Assembly: GCF_963921235.1 (NCBI RefSeq)
Contig: NC_086097.1
Location: 90,088,001-90,152,000, forward strand
Source: Mobula hypostoma
Lineage: Eukaryota
Length of the DNA stretch: 64,000 nucleotides
Reading direction: 5' to 3'
Position 1 is the stretch's first letter, and each line of letters starts with the position of its first letter. The notes under the pieces are model-generated. The model was given only the letters and a program-made list of their open reading frames with translations, was not told the DNA's origin and searched no databases. Positions 37,490-49,412 of this stretch are shown piece after piece. Both the position numbers and the translations under genes were made by a program.

Positions 37490-38359
37490 TGCTGTGCCTG
37501 ATGTGTTTTGCATACACTGTGTTATCCTCCATCAGCACTTGGTTGCAAAAACATTGGGAGCACTCTTGCTGCTGTAATTATGGTTGTCAACTTCATTAGA
37601 TCAAATGCCCTTCAATATCATCTTTTTCAACAACTTTCTGAGGAAAATGAAGAAGACTGAATGGCTACTTATGCATACAGAGATCTGGTGGTTATCGAAA
37701 GGTATTTGTCTTTGTCACATTTTTGCACTCTGGGATAAAATGTAGCATTTCTAAGTGATAAGCAGTTTGGAGAACAAATTGTTGCTGCTAAGTCTGACAT
37801 ATTTTACCTGTCTGATTTAGATGAAAACCTGAATTTATTATACAAACATTTACAAGGAAAAAACTGCAATCTCATATCATGCAAAGATGCTATTACTCTT
37901 TTCCTTGGAAAGCTCAAATTTTTGAGCAGCATTATTGGACATCGTGAGTTTATGAGATTTCCTTCAGAGAGCTGCTGGAGATGCATATTCCAGCTTGGGT
38001 GGTGGATCCATTTGGGGTGAATGTGAATGATGTTGATACCACTTTGTAGGAATGTCTTATTGAGCTGCAGAGTGACATACCATCTCAAGCAAACTTCAAA
38101 CACAGCAAACAAACTTTCTGGATAACTAGTGATAATCAAAATATGTTGACAGCTCTGGGAGAAAACAAAGTTGCTTTTAATTGGATTTTCCACCTTTTAT
38201 CTAGTTGAATGTGGTTTTAGTCAAACTCTTCACCTGCTATCAAAAGGTCATAACCATCTTGATGTTGTGAAAAGAGGTGATCTTCACTTATCCTTAATCA
38301 AGATGCAACCAGATATCCAAAATCTCACTAACTTGCATCAGTTGCAAGTCTCTCACTAA
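37490..38359 (+). pseudogene. Buster/Charlie hAT transposase C-terminal half
   Basis: IHCVILHQHLVAK, HTEIWWLSKG, FSTFYLVECGFS..DLHLSL..HQLQVSH*. Confidence 0.88.
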
Positions 38360-38535
38360 ACACACAAAGCAACAATATTAAGTGCTTTTTCATTGCTGGT
38401 TGCAAGAATATAGTGGCGAGCATTCAGTCCATTATGTCAGGGGCAAAAAGCTTGTTTATCTCAATTGTTGCTTTCACTGAGACAAGCACAATGACAGAGT
38501 GCAACAGCTCAGTGAGAACTAACCCAGTCATATGC

Positions 38536-38870
38536 AAGCAACACACATCAAAGTTGCTGGTGAATGCAGCAGGCCAGGCAGCATCTCTAGGAAGAGGTAC
38601 AGTCAACATTTCGGGCCGAGACCCTTCATCAGGACTAACTGAAAGAAGAGCTAGTAAGAGATTTGAAAGTGGGAGGGGGAGGGGGAGATCCAAAATGATA
38701 GGAGAAGACAGGAGGGGGAGGGATGGATCCAAGAGCTGGACAGGTGATTGGCAAAGGAGATATGAGAGGATCATGGGACAGGAGGCCCAGGGAGAAAGAA
38801 AAGGGGGAGAGGGGGAAACCCAGAGGATGGGCAAGGGGTATAGTGAGAGGGACAGAGGGAGAAAAAGAAA
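38536..38870 (-). mobile_element. PLE 3' end
   Basis: Purine-rich tract plus hammerhead motif as in 10459-10816. Confidence 0.85.
38600..38637 (-). ncRNA. Minimal hammerhead motif, palindrome mutated
   Basis: UAGUC-CUGAUGA-A-GGG(UCUCGG)CCC-GAAA-UG-UU-GACUG. Confidence 0.6.
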
Positions 38871-40325
38871 ATTGTAGTTCTGGAGAGCCTCCAACCACTG
38901 CGCCAGCTGCCCCGTGGGACCGCGGAAGCTGAGCCGCCAGATCGGTAATGTACGGTTCATGCGAAGCAGGCACCGTCGACTGAAGAGATGGAGTGGAAGT
39001 GGACCACGGCCAAGAGCTCCAGGCGGGAGACACAATGGTTCCGATTAGGACAGTTCAGGGTGCAGCTGAGGTACACCACAATGCATTCTCCTTGGTCCTC
39101 CTCCTGTGACGGCACTGCACCTAGCCCACCCCGCCAACCGCATTGCTGGTGCTCGCGACAACAATAAACAGGCGTGCTGGATCAGGGTACACCAGCACTG
39201 GGGACTGGGTGAGCGCAGCTCGCAGCTGGTTGGAGGAGGCAGTGCAGGGGTCAGTCGAGGCGAAGGGCCTTCCCCTTCTCGGTGAGCTAGTGCAGAGGAC
39301 TGGCAATGGTGGCAAAGTATGATGCGAGTCTCAGGAAGCTGCAAAGCTCAGAGATATCATGGGGGGGGAGGGATTGGGCCATTCCCTGACTGTCGCCGCC
39401 TTCTCAGGGTCTGTCTCCACTCCTTCTGAACTCACCGCATGCCCGGGGAGCTTCATCTGGTGGCGCAGCATTACGTGGGGTTGAGGCACAGATTTGCCTG
39501 GCAGACGGTGGCAAAGACCTCTTCCAGGGTCCGCAGAGCATCGTCAAGAACGGCGGCATGCACCAGGAGGTGGTCCAAATAGATGGCACAGCGACTCCGT
39601 GGAAGGTGAGCTACACCCTCTCCATCAGTCCTCGAGCGTGGCCTGGGTGTCACACAGGCCAAACCGCATAATCCAGAAGTGCCATAGCCCTTGGCCAATG
39701 GCGAAGGCAGGCTTGGGCCGGGCCTCTGGGGCCAGTTCGACCTGCCAGTAGCCACTGCGGAGATCGAGAGAGCTGAACCAGCTCGAACCCGTGAAACAGT
39801 CTAAGGCATCATCAATTCTGGGCAGCGGGTGGGAGTACTTCCGGGTAACAGCATCGAGATGGCGGTAGTCTATGCAGACCTGTCTTTCTTCCTCACCAAC
39901 ACCGCTGGGGCTGCCCACAGGCTGTCGGAGGGCTCAATGATGTCAGCCGCTGCCTCCTCTTTGATCTGCTGCTCTGCTGCCTGGCGTTTGGTGAGGGCCA
40001 GGCGATGGGGCTGCAGGAGAATGGACTGGGCATCCCAGGTGTTAATGTGGTGTTAGACAAGCCCTGTGCGAATACAGTCCTTGTCCCTGGCTGAAAAGAT
40101 GTCAAGGTGCTGGTCCAGGAGGTCCAGGAGGTGAGTTAAGTATTATGACATGATTGCTTCAAAGTCAACATTTCCCGTGCATGGTTCACACAGTCAAAAC
40201 AATTCCCTTCAATTTGGTATATCTTGTATCAGATTAGCATAGCATGGGAATTGGCATAGTAATTGTGTACACTGCTTCCATCCACTGTGAGGGAGGAACA
40301 CCTGTGAGAGTTCTCTCTGCAATCT

Positions 40326-41122
40326 TTACTTTACTGTCACCAAACAATTGATACTACAGTGTACAATCATCACAACGATATTTGATTCTGCGCTTTGCGC
40401 TCCCTGGAGTACAAATCAATAGTAAATAGTAAAAATTTAAATTATAAATCATAAATAGAAATAGAAAAGGGAAAGTAAGATAGTGCAAAAAAAACCGAGA
40501 GGCAGGTCCGGATATTTGGAGGGTACGATCCGGGTCGGGATCCGTTCAGCAGTCTTATCACAGTTGGAAAGAAGCTGTTCCCAAATCTGGCCGTACGAGT
40601 CTTCAAGCTCCTGAGCCTTCTCCTGGAGGGAAGAGAGACGAAAAGTGTGTTGGCTGGGTGGGTCGTGTCCTTGACTATCCTAGCAGCACTGCTCCGACAG
40701 CATGCGGTGTAAAGTGAGTCCAAGGACGGAAGATTGGTTTGTGTGATGTGCTGCGCTGTGTTCACGATCTTCTGCAGCTTCTTCCAGTCTTGGGCAGGAC
40801 AACTTCATGCCAGGTTGTGATGCACCCCAGAAGAATGCTTTCTATGGTGCATCTATAAAAATTAGTGAGGGTTTTAGGGGGCAGGCCAAATTTCTTTAGC
40901 TTTCTCAGGAAGTAAAGGTGCTGGTGGGCCTTCTTGGCAGTAGACTCTGCTTGGTTGGACCAAGTCAGGTGATTTGTGATATTGACCCCGAGGAACTTAA
41001 AGCTTTTGACCTGTTCCACTTGCGCACCACCAATGTAAATGGGGTTGTGTGGTCCGCTACACCTTCTGAAGTCAACAACCAATTCCTTCGTCTTGCTGAC
41101 ATTGAGGGATAGGTTATTGTCT
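40326..41122 (-). mobile_element. Rex1-like LINE inserted in RTE 5' UTR
   Basis: VVDFRR..SFKFLGV..LYFLRKLKKF; (AAAGT)n tail; same subfamily as 57312-57827. Confidence 0.9.
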
Positions 41123-41550
41123 GGACCTGTGCAACCCCCTACTCATCTAAAATCCATTCACGCACACGCTGTTCCTTTCTGAGGAGTGGGGTATCCTCAA
41201 CACACCCAAGTCCTGACAAGTGGCGAAGTGGTAAGCTTGACCAGCTGGGAGCTGTAGTCATGTCTGCATGCAGGCGGCAGGGGGAGAGTGGTCGCAGATG
41301 GATTGCAGAGCGGAGATCCGGTGAGGCAGCACCCTCTACGTCTGAGCAGCCCTGTTCAGGGAGGCACTGCTCACCCTATCATTAGGGAAGGGCCTAGAAA
41401 AGGTGGCTCAAACAAAGCCCGCTCACACCAACCTGGCGAGTCTGCCGCAGCTGGCGGGTCGTCCAACTCTAGCGGTAAGAATCACAAGCAGAATCTGATC
41501 GTCGCCTCATGGAACATACAAACTCTGTTGGACAATGCTAACTCAGATCG

Positions 41551-42786
41551 TGTCATGGTCCGGATCGGGGTCCCTTTAAATTTACCTTGTTTATGTTACG
41601 AACTGGACCGTTGATTCCCTGTTTTCCCATGTCCCTCGACTTTGGTGATTAGAGGCAATTAACGCCCGGCTGAACCGGTAGTTTATAGTCTCCGGCTTTC
41701 AGCCGTTCGGCGCAGGACCGTCTGCAAAGTCACGGAGTGCCAATGTCATCTGGCCGGAGCAAGCCTGGTCTCTGCCAAAGGGTGTGCCGGTAATTCCCCT
41801 TTCCTCATCGGAGCAACCCTGTCCAGTTACCTCGCCAAAGCGAGCCTGCAAAGTTTCCTCACCGAGGTGGGTCCGTCAGTTAACCCGCCGGAGGGAATCA
41901 AGAACTGCTGTCTACTGTTCCCAGGTCAAGTCAAGAGCTCGCCACTACCCGGAAGCTCCAAGTCAAGTCCTGTCCCTGGTGGCATTCAAGCACCAAGTCA
42001 AGTCCTGGCCCTGGCGGCATTCAAGCACCAAGTCAAGTCCTGGCCCTGGCGACATTCAAGTACCAAGTCAAGCCCTGGCCCTGGCGGCTTCCCAGTTCTG
42101 AGACAAATCCTGGCCTTGGCGGTCTGTGATTCCTGCCCTACCCCCTTGTCTGAATCCCTTCTCTGCCCCTCTCGACTCTAGCCCTCGTCTGCTGCCCCCG
42201 CCTGCACTTTGGTCTAGTTCCATCGCCGGAGCTAGATTGGTACTGTCCGGTGTTCATTCGTGTTGGTCTTGTCTTGTCTTGTTTTGTCCTTGCCTCCATG
42301 GGGTAAGTCAGGCCGTCTTGCCATTGCCCTGCAGAGGATCATGAGTCCCGGCCCTATGTCCTGTACCCAAGGAGGGGTCCCGACTCTGTGTTCTGTGTAT
42401 GTGTCTATGGTTCCATGTACCTGCTCCCCTAGACCGAGGCTCTGTGTTCCCATGTTCCCCCTCTCTCTAGCCCATGTCATGTCCATGCCTGGTTCTGGGG
42501 TCCTAGCCCGAGGCAAGACCCAGGTACTGGGTCCTTGCCCAGTCTCGGGCTCGGAGTCCATACCCTAGCCTCTTCATGTCTCCTCTAGTTCTGGGAGCCG
42601 ATTCCGAGTCCAAGCCCAGACCATTGGCCCCAGCCTAGTCGTAGTCCTCAGTCCTTGTCCAGTTTGCTACTCCTGCTCCTGCCTTGCTCTCCTGGTATCG
42701 AACAATAAACTAAATCTAAGTAACCTCACAAGATGTGTCTTGCATTTGGGTCCACCCTTGCTCCCAATGCCCCCGCCATTGTGACA
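41551..42786 (+). mobile_element. Solo LTR (1236 bp)
   Basis: TGTCA...TGACA, perfect 5-bp TSD GATCG, AATAAA 42704-42709; RTE frame rejoins as ANSDR|PERCTAL. Confidence 0.95.
41959..42088 (+). repeat. Approx. 35-bp minisatellite inside solo LTR
   Basis: CAAGTCAAGTCCTGGCCCTGGCGGCATTCAAGCAC, nearly 4 copies. Confidence 0.9.
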
Positions 42787-45700
42787 GATCGCCCAGAGAG
42801 ATGCACTGCACTTGTTGCTCATGTGCTCAAGGACTACAGAGTGGACATTGCGGCTTTCCAGGAGTCTCGACTTGCTGGAGAGGGCACGCTTTGTGAAGAG
42901 AAAGGAGGGTACACATTCTTCTAATCTGGCAGACCCGAAGAAGAACGAAGAGAATCTGGTGTGTGCTTGGCTATCACGAACTGCCTTGCAGCAAAGCTAC
43001 CAACCCTGCCTGTTGCTGTAAATGACCAAATCCAGATCTTGCATACAGCTTTGCAAGGAAAACGCCACCTCACCAAAGTCAACGTTTACACCCCAACTCT
43101 GCTTAATCCCAGTGAAGTCAAGGAGGCATTCTACAGTGAGCTGAAAACCACCATCAGTAGCGTGGCAACTTCCGATAAGCTGCTGTTGCTGGGAGACTTT
43201 AATGCTCGGGTTGGCAAGGAGTCCACTGTGTGGCCTGGTGTGATTGGATGCCAAGGGGTTGGCAACAGTAACGGTAACGGTCTACTGCTCTTGTCAATGA
43301 GCACAGAATTCAAACTGTGAATTACTAGCACACTGTTCAGATTGCCAGACAAGCTCAAATGAACAAGGATGCATCCACGATCTAAAAGCTGGCATCTCAT
43401 TGACTATGTCATCACCCGACAATGAGACATCTCTGACGTTCGTGTCACCAGAGTTAAGCGTGGAGCTGAGTGCTCAGCTGATCATCAAATGGTGTGGTCG
43501 GATCTATGTCTATCGATCAAACCTCCACGCAGACTGAACACTGCCAAACCACCCAAAAAGCTGAACACCACCAAACTGAAACATCGCCAGTGTGCTGATG
43601 CCCTGAAATCCTCTATGGAAACTGCTGTAAGCAGACTGGTTGAGAATCCACCAGACGATATTACTGACCACTGGAATGTCTTCAAAGAAACGGTCTACAG
43701 CGCTGCCCAGGACACCTTGGGGAAAGTCAAGTGCCAGCATCAGGACTGCTTTGATGAGAACAACCAATCTGTGCAAGAGCTTTCTAAGAGCTAAGGCAGC
43801 CACACACCAAGCTCTTCTTCGACACCCAAACTCAAGTTCCAGAAACGTGCCATTTTGAGTGCAAAATCAACTTTGCAGAGGCAGCTCAGAGCTATGAAAG
43901 ACCAGTGGTGGGCCAACAAGGCCAAGGAGTTACAAGCCTTCACTGACCGTAATGACTTAAGAAGCTTCTATGAAGTGATCAAGGTTGTGTATGGTCCATC
44001 AAAACAAGGCGCCTCACAACTCCTGAGCAAGGACAGTACACCCATCTTCGCTGAGAAGTCAGTGCACATAAAAAGATGGCAAGAACACTCCCACAAACTG
44101 CTGAACAGACCAGGAACCATCACTGATGAAGAACTAGACAGAGTACACCCTCAACCATACTGTTTGAGCTAGATACTCCCCCTACTCTTCATGAGGACAT
44201 CAAAGCCATCAGACAGCTAAAACCCAACAAAGCACCAGGGCCTGACGGTACCACAGCCGAGATCTACCAGTATGGTGGTCACACACTGACATCATGCCTG
44301 CACCAGCTGTTCACAAAGTTGTGGGGAGCTGCAGAACTACCACAAGACTTCAAAGATGCATCAATTGTGACCATCTACTAGAACAAGGGAGACAAGAGAG
44401 ACTGCAACGATTACCGTGGCATCTCTCTTCTGTCAGTTGCGGGAAAATGCCTCGCGAAGATCATCCTTAGGCGCTTGGTGTCCAACATCAGCGACAACAT
44501 CCTTCCAGAAAGCCAGTGTGGTTTTTGAACAGGTCGTAGTACAGTGGACATGATCTTTTCACTGAGGCAGCTCCATGAGAAATGTGTTGAGCAGCAGAGA
44601 AGATTCTATGTCACATTTGTTGATCTAACCAAAGTGTTTGACACTGTTGGTAGTGATGGCCTGTGGAAGCTCCTACCAAAATTCGGTTGCCCCCCCCCCC
44701 CAAGCCTAACCAACATCATCTGTCAGTTCCACAAAGGCATGGAAAGCCACATCAACATGTGTGGTGAGTGGTCAGACCCATTTTCCATCAGCAATGGCGT
44801 AAAACAGGGTTGTGTTCTGGGTCCTACTCTGTTTGGACTATTCTTCGCTGCTGTTCTTCAGGATGCCACATCAGACCTGAAGTCAGGGATCTTCCTACAA
44901 ATGAGGACTGATGGTGGGCTCCTCAACCTCGCAAGACTGAGAGCAAAAACAGAAGTCAGGGACATCGTGGTGCATGAGCTGCAGTTTGCTGATGACTGTG
45001 CACTGGTTGCCCACTCTCTCGAAGACTTACAGGCGATCACCAGTCGCTTTGCCAGTACAGCCAAAAGCTTCGGACTGACAATCAGCCTGAACAAGACGGA
45101 AGTTTTGTACCAACTGGCTCCTTGCTCAAGCTACGAAGAACCAACTGTCCTCATTGATGACACTCGTCTCAATGCTGTCAACAAGTTTTGCTACCTGGGC
45201 AGCATAATAACATCCTCAGCTTCTCTGGATGTAGAGACTGAGTCAAGAACCAGAAAAGCCTGCTTTGCCTCTGGTCAGCTGAAAGATCGAGTTTGGTCAC
45301 AGAACGTCAGGTTGGCCACCAAGTGCAAGGTATACAGGGCCGTTGTCATATCAGCCTTGCTATACAGATGTGAGATGTGGTGCCCTTATCAGAGACACTT
45401 ACGCCAGCTTGACCAACTGCAGCAGCATCACCTACGTTCTCTGATGAAGATCACCTGATGAGACAAGGTCTCCAATACTGAGGTCCTCTCTCGAGCCGGA
45501 ATGCCAGCAGTTTCAACCTTGGTGATGTCAGCCCAACTGCGCTGGGTAGGACATGTTGTTGGAATGCCTGACGGAAGACTGCCCAAGGACATCTTGTACA
45601 GCCAACTGTCCAGTGGTACCCAAAAACGAGGAGGCCAGCGACTACGGTACAAGGATGTTCTGTACAGGAGCCTCAAGAAAGCTGACATTGCCCCATCAAC

Positions 45701-48700
45701 ATGGGAGGATCTGGCTCAAGATCGCTCACGGTGGAGGGACGCCATCAGAAAAGGTGTGGACGCTGCTGAGAACAAGCTCAACGAGGCAACAGAGGAAAGG
45801 CACAGGAAGTGCCACAACAGAGCTTCTGCCCCTGCTGCCCCTCCAGGCCTCACCTGCCCAGTATGTGGCAAGCAGTCCTGTACAGCCACTCCAGGACGCA
45901 CATATCAAACCCCACTAACTGACTGAAAGGAAGAGAGAGAGAGAGAGAGAGAGGTCCAGGAGGTCTGTCAGCCACCGCCGCTGGCTCTGTTGCTGCAGCT
46001 CCCGCCCTGCCTGGACGGTCTCACTGCAGGACACTGCAGCTGTGCTGCCGATGTTGTAGCGCTGCGTCGGCGCAGTTGCTGATGAGAGGGGCATGGTGAA
46101 CTGCCCTGGGGTGGCATTGCCCCCTCGCAGGTTTCGGTGCAAAGCATTGCATTTCATCGGGCTGCTGCAGGGTGTGCTACACCGCGGCGGGTTGCTGTGA
46201 GTCTGGCAGTGGTGTTGCTGCGTCTGCCTGGTCCACTTCCTGGAGCTGCCCTGCCAGAAAGCCACGGCTTCAGTGCCCAGGTAGAGCATTGCCACCGACA
46301 CATCCACATGGGCACCCCCCCATTGGGACAGCAGGCCCAGGCCAACGATGCAGGACTCCTGGATATCGGCGAGCCACACCTCCTGCTCCACTGTTATTTT
46401 CCCAACTGCGATGCGCTGCCTCCTCTTCCCTCGCATTGCCGCACGGCCACCGGTGACCGTAGCCAGCTGAACCCCCATTGTTGTCCACCCAGGCAAAGAC
46501 GGCTGGTCTGTGCTGGGGAGGACACCGGAACTGGTGATGGTTGACCACGTGTCCACCAGCACAAAGCATCAGACATCCTCCACCACACAGTCCACGTAGA
46601 AGCCTTGCCCGTCACCCAAATGGCCCAACAGGGGAGGTGACAACGGAGGGATTCTGCTGGAGGTTTCGAGCGGCACTTCTCCCTCGGCATACCCGGATGG
46701 CTGTGCTGGGCTGCAGCATGGCACTGGTGCGGGGCAGTTCTGGGCCACGTGGCATTCCTCACCGAGATAACTGCGTGGCACCTGACGGGGCTGGTTGGAC
46801 CTTTCTCACGGCCTCCTCCTCATCAGTTTTCTCCTTCGCTTCGATGACACAAGTTCAGATTCAAGGCATGTGGGGCAACGCTGGAACGTCTTGGGGGCTA
46901 AAACTGCATCTGCTTCTCCACCTCTGTCAGTGCCTTGGCCAGCGATGATGGTGATATCAGGTGAACATGCTGCCAAACACACTCTGGCATCAGCGCCTTT
47001 ACAAAGGCATGGAGGGCAAGCTCTTCCTGGATCTCGGGAGGGAACTGAGGGTAGCCGTGCCAAGCACAGTGGTGGCCATCTGCTGCAAACATCCCCAGGC
47101 TTTCTCCCATACTATCCAGTTCTTCCCTCGTTACTTCCTCCAAAGGCCTCTGCTCGAAATGCCACTCCAGCGCCGCTACGAGGGCCTGTAGTCATGCTGT
47201 TCAGCTGGCATTAGGTCGAGGAGGGCCCACAGGGCAACCCCTCCAGTGCCAAGGCAAAGTGCACCGCCGTCTCATTGGGGCTCCACCGGTTGTGCCATGC
47301 GGCAAGTTTGACTTGCGCTAGCTAAGGCTCCAGGCGACTGGTACCATGGTATCTGGAGAGCTTCAGGGAGGACCTTGTGGCATTAATTGCTGGGGCCTGT
47401 TGGTCCTCCTCTTTCGCCTGTGCCATTAGTGGTGCCTACCACATTGCCCATCTTCCTTGGGTGCCCCGCCACTGGCCACGAGGGAGGTAGGTGATCACTC
47501 TGCCATGTACCCTGGGATGGCACAAAGCTCCATTTTCCAGGTTCTCCCTCTGTGTCGGCATCCCATTGTCGGCAGCAGTGCGGGGGAGGTATACCACTCG
47601 GTCCCTCGACTTAGTCCTTGAGTGTTAAGGCACTCCATCCAATGTCGTAGCTCTTCACTTCCACTGAAAATTTCTAATCCCACCCAATGTGGCAGCATTC
47701 GGTCAACGATGATGGATGAGGAAAGCTCATTTATCTCAACGGCCGTTTGAATTGTGACAACTCAATCACAGACAGAGTGCAGTGGCTCGGTGAGAACTAA
47801 TCTAGTCACATACAGACAGAGGAGCTGATTATTACACACCTCGGTTACATTCAGGGTTGTAACTCAAGCAAACGACTTTATAACCCAAGCTAAAATGTAA
47901 CAATAAATGAACTTGAACATCTGACCATAATTCCATTGAACACACAGACCACAAACACAATTTAAAACAAAAACAATAAGTAGCGCTGGCTGCTAGGAAT
48001 GCTGGAGCGAGCTGTCGACCATGTCCTTGGAGCGCCACACTATTATTTATGTTATAAATAAAGTGTCCTATTCAGAGCTTTGAAATAGTTTTATTGTTCA
48101 TATACAGTTGTAACATTATATTTAACATATAACAAACCTATAACCTGTTAAAACATAAATATTGACTGCATATTAGAATAATTAGTACAGTTGAGCATCT
48201 AACAGAGACAATGGAGGGAGGGTCCACAGTGGTAAATGAAAGTCACAACTGAGAACGGTTGAGAACCACTGCAGAGAAGATCCAAAAGGAGGTTTTGTAT
48301 CCAATATCTGATTCCAAGAGAAGATTGCATCAATTTCGGTTTTCTGCGGGGAGAAGAGAACCCGAGATATGACTTATGGAAGTTGGAAAATAGTTAAAGG
48401 AATAGAAAGATCAATCATTGGAGAAACAAGCACTGAAAAAATATTTGGATTTTTGATGATGGATAAATCAGTTCCTCCTCTGTAATTATAATGATATGAT
48501 AATGCTTCACAAATGCAAAAGTCGCAATAAATATCCGTGTATTAAAAAGCCTGGCTTATCCTTCACATCACCTCTTACCATTATAAAGCTCTATGCCTGT
48601 ATTTATAATGGAAACTGCCAACTCAAGCTTTGTCAAGCTTTATTACAGCCTCCTACACAACCTTCTACTTTTGTGTGCTGCTGCAACTTCTGAAAGCAAT

Positions 48701-48755
48701 TCATTTCCTCCTGTTACCTTTAAGTTTAATAACTGGATCCTAAGGGTTATAGAAT

Positions 48756-49412
48756 GTTCAAAGTTCAAAGTAAATTTATTATCAAAGTACATATATGCCA
48801 CCAACTATAACACTGAAACTTGTTTTCTTGAGGATATATTCAGTAAATCCAAGAACCATAATACAATCAATGAAGGACTGCACACAATAGGGTGGACAAT
48901 CAGTGTGCAAAAGACAACAAGCTGTGTAAATACCAAAGATAAAATAATAATAATAATAATAAATAAAGAATAGATATTGAGAGTATGAGATGAGGAGTCC
49001 CTGAAAGTGAGTCCATAGGTTATGGGAATGTTTCCATGATGGAGCAAGTGAAGTTGAGTGAAGTTATTCCCTCTGGTTCAAGAGCCTGATGGTTCAGGGG
49101 TAAATACTGTTCCTGAACCTGATGCTGTGAGTCCTGAGGCTCCTGTACCACCTTCTTGATGTCAGCAGTGAGAAGACAGGCATGGCATGGGTGATGGGGG
49201 TCCCTGATGATGGATGCTGCTTTCCTGCAATAATGCTCTGTGTAAATGTGCTCAATGGTGGGGAGGGTTTTACCCGTGATGGACTGGGCTGTATCCACTA
49301 CTTTTTGGAGGATTTTTTTTTTCAAGGGCATTGCATACCAGATTGTGATGCAGCCAGTCAATATACTCTCCACCACACCACACATCTATAGAAGTTTGTC
49401 AAGGTTGTAGAC
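48756..49412 (-). mobile_element. Rex1-like 3' fragment
   Basis: VESILTGCITIWY..LQKVVDTAQSITG; CTTTGAA tail. Confidence 0.88.

Larger units (their letters stand above)
41480..45926 (+). pseudogene. RTE APE-RT ORF with many stops, split by a solo LTR
   Basis: ORF-track fragments 41288, 42733, 42961, 43489, 43855, 44544, 45501 are collinear RTE domains. Confidence 0.9.
40125..45952 (+). mobile_element. Near-full-length RTE-clade LINE
   Basis: TSD GGTCCAGGAGGTC 40112-40124 / 45953-45965; EN (ASWNIQTL, GDFNARVG, LIDYVI) and RT (NGVKQGCVLGP, QFADD); (GA)n tail. Confidence 0.95.
38412..48039 (-). mobile_element. Gypsy LTR retrotransposon, decayed, integrase missing
   Basis: 5' LTR 47688-48039 (TGTGGC..GCCACA), partial 3' LTR 38412-38535; gag (LAQVKLAAWHNRWS), protease LVDTWS, RT IDYRHL..LPRIDD..LDLRSGYWQ..YLDH, RNase H ..QLAQWLEALQNYNF. 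Confidence 0.9.
32331..48271 (+). mobile_element. Old Buster/Charlie-type hAT element hosting nested insertions
   Basis: TIRs CAGTTGTTCTCAA / TTGAGAACCACTG; transposase remnant inside; left flank CTTTAGAG, right flank CAGAG (possible TSD with 3-nt deletion). Confidence 0.7.

Noticed and set aside
41959..42088. CRISPR-like array
   Set aside because: Head-to-tail repeats with no unique spacers, inside a vertebrate LTR, no cas genes
46137..47214. Multiple long plus-strand ORFs
   Set aside because: Antisense shadows of GC-rich Gypsy gag/protease
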